The notes beneath the pieces are model-generated. The model saw nothing but the letters and a program-made list of their open reading frames with translations, was not told where the DNA came from and did not search any database. Both the position numbers and the translations under genes were made by a program. DNA of 64,000 nt from Vicugna vicugna (Eukaryota): positions 4,119,668 to 4,183,667 of the forward strand of contig MU057887.1 in assembly GCA_013265495.1 (NCBI GenBank), written 5' to 3'. Below, piece after piece: positions 9,601 to 20,369 of the stretch. Within the stretch, counting starts at the first letter, position 1. The number at the start of each line of letters is the position of its first letter.

Positions 9601-12600
9601 ATATAAGTGATTTCGGAAACTAGAGAAAGAGAGAAGACTGATAAGCTCACTGTATGGACTGGTGTAACTTTTTAAGAAAAGGATTTTATAGAAGCATTCT
9701 ATTTATACTGTAGAAGATTTGAGAACAGAGATAAGCAAAAATAAAAACATAACTTTCCCTGAGATGGTTTATTTTGAAATCAAAGAGTATATGAAAAAAT
9801 TATAGGTCTGCCTAACATGAATATAGATGTAAAATCCTAAATATAATATTATCTAATCAAATCTAACAATGTATTAAAATAATGTTATGATCAAGTAGAG
9901 TTTGTAAAGAAATTCAAGGATAGCTGAGTATCAGAAAATCAGTATAATTAACCACAATAAAAGGGGGGGAATCATAGGAATATCTCAGTTAATGCAAAAA
10001 AAAAAGGCAGTTAATAATGCCCATACCTATTTTTGATTTTAGAAAATCAAAGCTCTCACAAATTAGGACTAGAAGGAGACATTTTAACTTAGTAAAGGTG
10101 ATATACCAAAAACTAATAGCAAACATTATACTTAATGGAGAAACCGTGGCTATACTCCTTTTTAAGATTGGTATCGAAACAGATTTTCCGGTCAAGATGG
10201 CGGAGAGGTAGGACCATGAGCTCATCTTGCCTCATGACTACAATTAAACCACAACTGACTGCTAAACAACCATTGAAAAAAAGACTGGAACCTAGCGAAA
10301 AAGATCTTCTGAAACTGGAAGCATAAAGAGGGAACCACAGCAGGACAGTAGGAGGGGTATGCTTGAGATAAAATTGGGCCCCATACCCCTTGGGTGGGCG
10401 ACCCACAAGCTGAAGAACAGTTAAGTCGCAGGAGAGTTCTGAGCCCCACGTCAGGCTCCCCAGTCCGAGGTTCTGGCACTGCAAGAAGGAAACCCCACCA
10501 CATCTGGTTTTGAAGGCCAGCGGGGCTTGGTGCCAGGAGCCCCACAGGACTGGGGGAAACAGAGACTTCACCCTCTTGGGAAGCGTACACCGAAAGTCAC
10601 GTTCACCAGGTCCAAGGGCAGAGGCAGTGATTTCATAGGAACCTGGGCCAGGTCGGCCTGCCTAATTTGGGGGGTTTCCTGGGGACATGGGGGATGGCTA
10701 CAGCGCACCCAGGGGACAAAAAAGCTGGTGGCAGACATTCCAGGAGTGTTCATGTACATGAGCTTTCCTGGAGGCTGACATCTTGATTGGATCATTAGCA
10801 CCAAAACCTAGCCCCACCCAACAGCCTGTAGGGAAACCTCAGGCCAAACAACACACAGGGTGGGAGCACAGGCCCACCCATCAGCAGACTTCCTGAGCCA
10901 CAGAGGCCTCTAAACACGGCCCTTCTCACCAGAGGTCCAGGACCAAGCTCCATCCAGCAGTGTGCAGGCCCCGGCTCCTCCTGCCAGGAAACCTGCATAA
11001 GCCTCTAGTCCAGCCTCACCCACCAGGGGCAGATGCCAGAAACAAGAAAACAGCAATCCCAAAGCCTGTGGAAGGAATCCACAAACACAGGCCAGACTCT
11101 ACCCTGGGACCAACAGGACCCTGGCCCTCGGGTGACAAGAGAGGAGTGTACTGCTGGGACGCATAGGACCTCTCCCACAGAGGGCCACCTTTCCAAGGTC
11201 AAGAAATGTAACTAACCTACCTAAAAATACAAATAGAAAGATAGATGATATGAGGCAGTAGAGGAATATCTCCCAGGCCAAGGCGCGAGATAAAATCCCA
11301 GAAGAAGTGTAAAATGATTATAAATCAATAAAAAATGTTAAAAAAAATCCCAGAAGAAGAAATAAGTGATGAGGAGATAAGCAATTTATCTGAGAAATGA
11401 TGGCAAAGATGTTCAGAGAGCTCAAGAGGAGTATAGATGCAGAGAGTGAAGTTTTTAGCAAAGAGCTGGAAAATATAAAGAATACCTAAACTTAGTTGAG
11501 ATTTACAAATGTTAGCCACTATATATAAAAATAGATTTAAAAAACTTTTTTTGTATAGCACAGGGAACTATGCTTAATATCTTATAATAACCTTTAATGG
11601 AAAAAAATATGAAAACAAATATATGTATGTATATGCAAGACTGGGACATTGTGCTGTACACCAGAAATTGATACATTGTAATTGACTGTACTTCAATTAA
11701 AAACAAAACAAAAAAAGAATTACCCAAACAGAATTGAAGAATAAAATCATTTAAATGAATAATACACTAGAAGGAACCAAGAATAGACTAAATGAGGCAG
11801 AAGAACGGATCAGTGAACTAGAACACAGACTAGTGAAAATCACTAGTGCAGAATAGAAAAAAGAAAAAAGAATGAAAAGAAATGAGGATAGTTTATGAGA
11901 ACTCTGGAACAGCATGAAGTGTACTAATATTTGCATTACAGGGGTCCCAGAAAGAGAAGAAAGAGAGAAAAGACCTGAGAAAATTTTCAGAGAGATAATA
12001 ACCGAAAACTTCACCAACTTGGGAAAAGAAACAGTTACCCAAGTCCAGGAAGCGCAGAGTTCCACACAGGATCAACTCAAAGAGGAACACACTCAAGCAA
12101 ACAATAATCAAATGGACAAAAATTAAGGGTAAGGAAAAAATATGAAAATTGGCAAGAGAAAAGCAACAAATACAATACAAGGGAACTCCCATAAGGTTAT
12201 CAGCTGATTTTTCAGCAGAAACTCTACAGGTCAGAAGGGAGTGGCACGATGTATTTAAAGTGATGAAAGGGAAAAACCTACAACCAAGAATACTCTATTC
12301 AGCAAGGCTCTCTTTCAGATTTGATGGAGAAATCAAAAGCTTCACAGATAAACAAAAGCTAAAAGAATTCAGCACCTCCAAATCAGCTTTACAACAAGTG
12401 TTAAAGGGACTTCTCTAGTCATCAAACTGTAAGAGAACAAAAAGAAGAAAGAGAGAGAGAGAAAAAAAAAGACCTACAAAAGACTGCTTTGGCAGTTCGG
12501 GGTCTTTTATGGTTCCATATAAATTTTGGAATTGTTTGTTCTAGTTCTGTGAAAAATGTCATGAGTATTTTGATGGGGGTTGCATTGGATCTGTGGATTG

Positions 12601-15600
12601 CTTTGGGTAATACAGCCATTTTGCTAGTGTTGAGTCTTCCAATCCAAGAGCACAAGATATCTTTCCATTTCTTTGTATCATCTTCAATTTTCTTCACCAA
12701 TGTTTTACAGTTTCCTGAGTATAGGTAACCTCCTTGGTTAAGTTTATTTCTAGGTATATTATTGTCTTTGATGTAATGGAAATGTTTATGCCAGTCATAA
12801 AATTCTGGTTTTTGAAGTGGGAAAAAAAAGTGAATGAACAGCTGCAAATGGCAAAATATCCTTCTTTCTTATGGGTGAGTTGCTTTCCATTACATATATA
12901 TGCTGCATCTTCTTTATCCATTCATCTATTGATGTGCACTGATGATGCTTCCATATCTTGGTAATTATAAATACTGTTGTTGTTAACAGCGGGGTGTATG
13001 TATCTTCTTGAATTATTATTTTGTGGTTGGCTTTATTCCTTTGATAATGATGTAAGTTTAAAAAGCTAAAGCTCTAAACATTCTTAGAAACAATGAACAG
13101 TACATATATGTCAATTTTAAAAAATATGTGCAGTATACTGTGTATATGTATTTACATGCGATATATATTTATATATGCAGTCAAATTGTAACAATTCTAC
13201 CTAATTAAACTGAAAAATGAAAAAAAAGAAAATAATTATACACCTAACCAAGTTACCACCCAGTTATAAACATAGACATATTCTTAAGCATTTATGAATT
13301 CAAGAAACACAACGTCTATAGCTATAGTTACTAGGTTAAATGTTTGAATTATTTGAATACAGAACGTGAATCTCAACAACCATAGGAATTATGACTACAG
13401 AATAGAATGTAAATATTGTAAATGCTATTAATGTAAACATTACTTGTACTTGATAATATACAAATAATAATATAATGAATGATAGTTATGTCTTAGTGTC
13501 TTCATTTTTAAAATAGGGATAATAAGAGTTCCTATAATCTCATAAAATTATTGTGAGGATTAAATAAACTAATTCACATAGTGCCCAGAATAGCACCTAA
13601 CTAGAATAGAATAGTAATCTAGCAATTACTAAGTACCGAATGAACATTACTGATTAGTATTATTAGGTCCTGAATAAAGATAAAAAAGATATAACTGAAG
13701 AAATAACACTAGATTCCTTATTGTTTTCCCACAAACTTCCTTAATTTTGGAACAATCTTATAGGAGCTACTGTATTTTTTATCGTGAAGAAATATTTATT
13801 TTAAGTGAAGAATTTCTTCATTTCATTTCAATTGAAATTCTTAAGTAAAATTAATGGTAGTACTCTTTATTTTAAAAGTAATTTGTATGATAGCCAATAG
13901 GCACATGAAAAATGCTTAATATCACTAATTATCAGAGAAATGCAAATCAAAACTACAGTGAGGTATCACCTCACCACAGTCAGAATGGCCAGCATTCAGA
14001 AGTCCACAAATAATAAATGCTGGAGAGGGTGTGGAGAAAAGGAAACCCTTCTACACTGTTGGTGGGAATGTAGTTTGGTGCAGCTGTTATGGAAAACAGT
14101 ATGGAGATCCCTCAAAAAACTAAACATAGACTTAATATGATCTAGCAATTCCACTCCTGGGCATATATCCAGAGGGAACCTTAATTCAGTAAGATACATG
14201 CATCCCCATGTTCATAGAAGCACTATATACAAGCCAAGACATGGAAGCAAACTGAATGTCCACTGACAGGTGACTCAGATGACTGGATAAAGAAGCTGTG
14301 GTACATTTATAAAATGGACTACTACTCAGCCAAAAAAAAGAATAAAATAATGCCATTTGTAGCAACATGGATGGACCCGTAGATTGTCATACTAAGTGAA
14401 GTAAGCCAGAAGGAGAAATAAAAATACCAAATGATATCACTTACATGTGGAATCTCAAAAAAAAAAAAAAAGACAAATGAACTTATTTACAAAACAGAAA
14501 CAGACTTACAGATAGAAAACAAACTTAGGGTTACCAGGGAGGAAGGGGGTGGGAAGGGATAAACTGGGAGTTCGAGATGTGCAAACAGTAACATATATAA
14601 AATAGATAAACAACAAGTTTATACTGTATAGCACAGGGAACTATATTCAATATCTTATAGTAACTTATAGTGAAAAAGAATATGAAAATGAATATATCAA
14701 TGTTCATGTATGACTGAACATTATGTTATACACCAGGAATTGACACAATATTGACGCAAACTGACTATACTTCAATAAAATATATATATAAAAAAATAAA
14801 TTAAAAAGTAACCTGTATGATTCAATTTTAATTAAACTGTATCTTTCAAAAAAAATTATCCCTCCATGTATCCATGCACAGGTCCATCATTCTATTTCTG
14901 CAGAGAGAGACTTGGAAGAGTGTTCACCAATGTGAACGGCTAATTCTGAGTGACTGGATTGTGCTGATTTGAAACTTTCTTTGTAACTTTCTATTTTAAT
15001 TTTACTTTGATTGGATTTTAAGAACAATGTACATGTAACATTTCTTTAAAAATCATTATTTAATAATTATCAATTAAACAATTATGTAATGATGTTTATT
15101 AAATATAAACAAGATAATTATTCATTATAATTATTTAATAGTTACTCTTTATTTTAAAATGCTAATAATCACACCTGGAAAATTCTGCTGTATACAGTAA
15201 TAATCTAATAAATTAATAAATAATGATAAAAATGGATGATTTGGGAGGAAAATGAAATATCCACATTGACATAATCTTAAAGCAATAACCAAAGAAGAAA
15301 TTGAAAAAGTTATCAGGAGTTATTCCCAGTAGTCTTACCATTAAATGTTCAATAAAGAATTGTCTCCAAATACTGCACATATAATTTCAGAATGTAGAAA
15401 AAGAAGACTCTAGAGGTTGAGTAGACCTGGACAGTTTAAACTCTCTAAGCTCTAATTTTCTCATCTATAAAGTGGAAATAACAGTGTCTTTCACTCATAA
15501 ATCTATTATGAAGATTAAACAAGATAATGTGTGTAAAGCACACGGTAAAAAGACCAACACCTGGGAGCCGACACACAAGCTGTTAGGGACAATATCAGAG

Positions 15601-18600
15601 TGACACTCAATGCCCGGACAGCTGCAGCCTTCCTACACCCTGGCATTAATTATCCAATAAATAAAACAGAAGACCTCCCATTTATAATGAGAACAGAAAC
15701 ACAGAAGTTAATGTATTAAAGAAATCTGGAGAGGCTCCCTTTGGTAGCACATATACTAAAATTGGAATGATACAGAAAAGATCAGCAAGACCCCTGGGCA
15801 AGGATGACATGCAAACTTGTGAAGTGTTTCACATTTACGTAGTGAACAGTATGACGACTATAGTTACGAAGACTACGTTACATATTTGAAAGCTACTAAG
15901 GGAGTAATCTTAAAAGTTCTCATCACAAGGGAAAAATAACTTGTAGCCAGGTGACGTGATAGATATTAACTAAACTTCTTATGATAATCATTTCACAATA
16001 TATACATATATCAAATCATTATGTTACACAACCTAAACTTATACAATATTCTATGTCAATTATATTTCAGTAAAATTGGAAAAAATTAAAACTGAAGGCA
16101 AAAAAAATCTGGAGAAAAATATTGCAAAACCCTTTGAGACATGTTAAAGAACATCTGAATAACTGGATTCACAGACATGGAAAACAAACTTATGGTTACC
16201 AGAGGGGAAAAGGGGTGGGGAGAGATAAATTGGGTGTTTGGGATTTGCAGATAAAACTTCTATATATAAAATAGATAAACAGCAAGTTCGTACTGTATAG
16301 CACAGGGAACTATATTCAATACCATGTATTAGCCTATAATGAAAAAGAGTATGAACAGGAATATATAAATATTATGTACAATTGAATCACTGTGCTATAC
16401 ACCAGAAATTAACACAATGTTGTAAATCGACTATACTTCAATTAAAAACAAAGAACATCTGAATAATTGGAGAGAAATACCATATTCCTGCATGAGAGTA
16501 CTTAAAAAGATATTATTCTTTCCATATAAATGTATAGGTTTAACACAATTCCAAATAAAATATTAAATGAATCTATTATTTATCTGGGAGAATAAATATG
16601 TGAGAAAAGCTAAAAAGAGAAAAAAGAAAGAAAAAAGAATAATGAAGGGGGACTTACTGATTGATAATGAACTAATGTTGATATGCCATAAAACCTCACA
16701 TATTATGAAATAGGTTAGCTATCTCTGCTCTACTATATGCACAAAGTTCACGAGTAGTTTAGAAATCACTTCTAAACTAATAGGATAAGATGGGATAGAT
16801 TTTGGGGGGAAAAAGTTGGAATCTCTCCTTGTCCTGAGGAATTTTACATTCTCAAGGCTCATTCCCACACAAGGCATACTACAGCTAAACTTGTACTAGG
16901 AAAATAATCCTAGGTCATGTTTTGACTTAAGTTCAAGAGAATGGAAAGAGAAACTTGAGGCCTTGGAGTCAAGAGGATTTTACCTTTTTATAATTGCTTA
17001 AAATAGGCATATATTTATGTATATATAAATAGGCACACTTATTTGCTGGTTGATGATTTTAATAGTTGATGACTGCTTCTTTGGTGATTTTCCCTGCCCT
17101 GTGTGGTCACTGGAAAAATTGGCAAAAGCCTTCCCAGGGGCAACAGAGAGCAAGGACTCACATGTTGGGCCTCACTTTAAATTCAATCTAACGGGTCAGG
17201 GTGTGAGATTCATGTTACTTCCGTCAACAATATTTGTCCTAACGTGTTCTAGGACTGTGAAGAAATAAATAGTCCTGCTGCTTACACATCAGGCAGAAAA
17301 ATATTTTACTGTTTCCAACCATTAGATCTGAGTCCATGAGCCCAAAAACATATAATTTGCTTAAGAAATTACAAAAGCTAAATTTTACAAATTATTTTAA
17401 TACTATTTAATCTGTAGATGCTTATATGTTCAATAAAACATTTACCAGCTGATAAACTGCTAAAGAAAAATTTTAAAAATTTTATATTACCCCCCAAATT
17501 AGGCAACTGTGCAGAACATTTATATAAAAATATAATTATAGAAAAGAGGAAAATATGTACAACTAAAACTAAGAAAAAAATAAGCTAAAGGGAAAGTAAT
17601 GGACCTTATGCCAAATCAAGGAATGTGACATGGAAGAGACTGGGGAAGGGATGTGGAATCATGCATGACAGAAGCCTCATTCATGCCAAGGAGGTGTAGG
17701 CTGTTTATTTTATTTGTTTTATTTTTGTGGGAAAGAAAGTGCACAAGCCTAACATGTGTAGCTGCTTAAATACAATAGTTGCATGTATTAGACAACTTCA
17801 AGTTTACTTAGAAAACTTTAAAAGACAAATTTTAAAAATTGTCAAAGCTGAGTCTTTTATGACTTGTTTCAATATAAACACCTGTCAACCTTGCCTCTAA
17901 TGTGACAGAGCAGAGAGAGCATTTTAAAAATAACAATATTACCTTAGTAATATCATCTTAGCAATATTAACTTCATTATGATTACTTAATAACTTACTTA
18001 ACTATTACCTTAATTATTGTTGGAATATTTGCCAAAAAGAAAACCTCTAGTGAATCTAAATAAAAATGTAGTACGCAGCCTGGTTCCTTTGGCACACCAG
18101 ATAGTTTAGAATTAAATGATTAAAAGAAAACACAGGTAGAAGTAACTATTTCACTGATCTTGGATTATGGAAAGATTTTCTAGGCATCACAGCAATGGTA
18201 ATAAATCAGAAAGGAAAATATTGATACATTTTTACTACATAAGACTTCTGTTTACCAAATATTCATGTACAACATCAAAAGGAAAATTATAAACTGGGAA
18301 AAACATTTACTACAATTTTAAACAAGGACCTTATGGTCTTACAAATCAGTAAGAGATTCTATCACAGAAACCTGCTATTCCTTTCTTGTTTTCAGTGCCA
18401 TGCCCGAGTTAAGGCTAGCCCCTTTTCAGCCTTTAGTTCTGCAAAAACTTTCTAATATGTCTTCCTGCCTCTAGCCTTCCCTCTCCAACCATCTCTCACA
18501 CTGTTACCAGAAGTATCTTTCTTAAATACAAGCGTCTTCCTTGAAATCCCAAATGGTTCCCTTTCACCTAGACAAGAAAGGTAAATCTCCTTAGCTTGGC

Positions 18601-20016
18601 ACTGAAGACCAGTCCTCTCACCTCTTCAGCCTCTTCTTTCTTTGGCCTGCCACCTTGCGACTCTCATGCGCTAATCTGGCTTCTTGACTGTGCCAGTCTC
18701 TCCTTCACAGGCACACAGCCTTGGCTATCTCTCCTGCTGGACTGCCCTTCCTCTCTACCCAAAGTCCTCTACCTCACCTGTCCAGTCTCTGCTTCCTTCC
18801 CAGACTTGGTGTACACCATTATTAGCATTTGCCAGATTATAATTTTATTATAAACTTAAAATGTGTACATTTTAATTTGTATATGTAAATTATAATTAGT
18901 TATCTTGATATCTGTTTCTGGCTCCCACTCACTTCTTCCAATGAAGGAGCATCTCTATTCAACTGTGTATTCCTAGAATAGCATATCGTAGGTGCACAGT
19001 AAATACTATTAAATAAGAGAATATTTAATCAGATCGAAGGAATTATATAACTTTTTTAAAAAGGTAGTTAAAATATATATAAAAACTTTCAAGTACATAG
19101 GCCCCCAAATTGCAAACATTTCTAAGTAGAAATTTTCTGAAGACTGTTGCAATAAGTGGAGATTATTTATAAACCAATAATGTCATTAAAAACAGTTTGT
19201 TTTCATTTGAGTAGAGTATGCAGGCTATCTAAAATTTGTTTTACATTATGATTTTCTCTAGCAAAACTTAGGTTCACAAATTATAAGAATTATACATATT
19301 CTGGACTAGTAAAGAACAAATTTTAAAAATTATAATGCTATCACTACCACTGCAGTTACCACTTAGTGGAAACGTGTTGAATAAAATAACATACTAACAT
19401 TCTTTTCTTAAAATGGAGAAATGTGTTCAACTCTATTGCTGCCTTATTCCACTGAGCCACTGAGCTATACCCCCCATTTCAGCACCTTACCAGTCTTAGC
19501 ACTATTACTCTAAACTCTTTTTATTTAAATGGCTCACACAAAGAAGGTTTCAAGTCTGTTCACAGGCGTTATTGTAACATCATTGGTCATTTGCTGAGTA
19601 CCTGAGCTTGGGTATGGCACTGTGTACCCCATTACAAAAGAAGTCACTATTTCTACCCTCAAGAAGATGACAGTCCATTTGCAGAAATAAGATGCAAACA
19701 CATATAAAATAATCAAAAAAATAATTCAAGGAAACATTCAATGATCAGTGTAAAACTTTATGGTACAGTAGTTACCTAGTATAGAAGTTGAAAAGTGGTC
19801 GGGGAAGGCCTTGCTAAGAAGACACTTGATTTGAGCTCAGAAGTGAAGCAAAGATTTGAACTATTGGAAAGAAGGGTAAAGGCACTCTGCTTAGGAAAAC
19901 ATCCTACCTGAGATTTTTTCCATCTCTTCCAATAGCTTTTCCAAGTCTTTATTTAGGTCTGACAGCATTTTCAGCATGTTGTCATAGTTTCTTTCCCCAG
20001 GGTCAGAATCAGCCAT
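6698..20016 (-). CDS. SYCE3: Synaptonemal complex central element protein 3 (88 aa); coding exons 20016-19908 and 6855-6698
   Basis: 109+158=267 nt giving [88 protein letters not shown]. Donor gtagg, acceptor ttgcag; an acceptor ctag sits immediately before the ATG. Confidence 0.96.
7915..8075. mobile_element. MER5A-like hAT DNA transposon fragment
   Basis: ttaaaatgcagactgctggcccc...ggaacctgcatcttaataagcatcccgggtaatgct resembles the recalled MER5A consensus. Confidence 0.55.
8130..8300 (+). mobile_element. MIR SINE fragment
   Basis: MIR-like core gcctcagtctcctcat...gtaaa and tail tgtgaagattga...atatgtaaa...taggtgctcagaaata. Confidence 0.6.
8820..9100 (-). mobile_element. L2 LINE 3' fragment
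   Basis: tttactgagcacctgctctgtg...catcctgccctcatgcag...gtgggaggcgacaga is a typical antisense L2 tail. Confidence 0.55.
10188..12480 (+). mobile_element. L1 5' half: 5'UTR plus degenerate ORF1, carrying nested L1 tail insertions
   Basis: Begins ggtcaagatggcgg (YY1-type L1 5' end). ORF1 peptides [15 protein letters not shown] and [20 protein letters not shown]...[14 protein letters not shown]. Confidence 0.9.
11492..11713 (+). mobile_element. 5'-truncated L1 3'UTR inserted into ORF1 of the older L1
   Basis: gtatagcacagggaactat...gactgtacttcaattaaaaa tail; degenerate TSD aaagaatacctaaac (11477-11491) / aaagaattacccaaac (11714-11729). Confidence 0.75.
12482..13030 (-). mobile_element. Inverted L1 ORF2 fragments
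   Basis: Minus-strand translation [15 protein letters not shown]...[15 protein letters not shown]...[13 protein letters not shown], plus the ORF2 C-terminal region near 12850-13000. Confidence 0.85.
13892..14803 (+). mobile_element. 5'-truncated L1 (ORF2 C-terminus plus 3'UTR)
   Basis: [12 protein letters not shown]...[18 protein letters not shown] zinc knuckle; A-rich tail; TSD aaaagtaa(tt/cc)tgtatgat at 13874-13891 and 14804-14821. Confidence 0.9.
15732..15836 (+). pseudogene. RNU6: U6 snRNA processed pseudogene (full length, diverged)
   Basis: Aligns end to end with U6 (GCACATATACTAAAATTGGAA..GATACAGA..AAGAT..AGCA..CCCCTG.GCAAGGATGACA.GCAAA..GTGAAG). The ACAGAGA box is mutated to ACAGAAA. 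Confidence 0.93.
15837..16104 (+). mobile_element. Older L1 (L1MA-like) 3' end fused directly to the U6 copy
   Basis: atcttaaaagttctcatcacaa...atcatttcacaatatatacatatatcaaatcattatgttacac...tgtcaattatatttcagtaaa followed by an A-rich tail. Confidence 0.8.
16168..16449 (+). mobile_element. 5'-truncated L1 3'UTR insertion
   Basis: Same 3'UTR type as 14500-14790; 22-nt TSD aaagaacatctgaataa(c/t)tgga at 16146-16167 and 16450-16471. Confidence 0.88.
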
Positions 20017-20369
20017 CTAGACAGTGCACAAAAAGATGCAGTGAGACAGACCAGTGTTTCAATTCCAGCTCCACTACTCACAGCTCGGTAGCCCAAGCCA
20101 GAAAACTTAGGTCATCTTTAATTCCTTATCTTTTCTTCCTGACCTAAGGGGTCACTGGAACTTGCCAATTTTAATTATTTTTGGAATAAATATTTAATCA
20201 TCTATGCATCAGGTAGGCCCAGTGCTTGAGAGCCACCAGTGAACTGAACTTTACCCCTGTGGAGCTCATAGCCCGGCCCAGCTCTTTAAAGTCTCTCCTA
20301 TCAGTCTCTTCCTCCCTCCCTCCCTCCAAGGCTGCTGCTTTAATCGTGGTCCATTCCATTATCCATCAT

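Noticed and set aside
15732..15836. Functional U6 snRNA gene
   Set aside because: Many substitutions including the ACAGAGA box; flanked by TSDs and fused to an L1 tail; no recognisable upstream U6 promoter.
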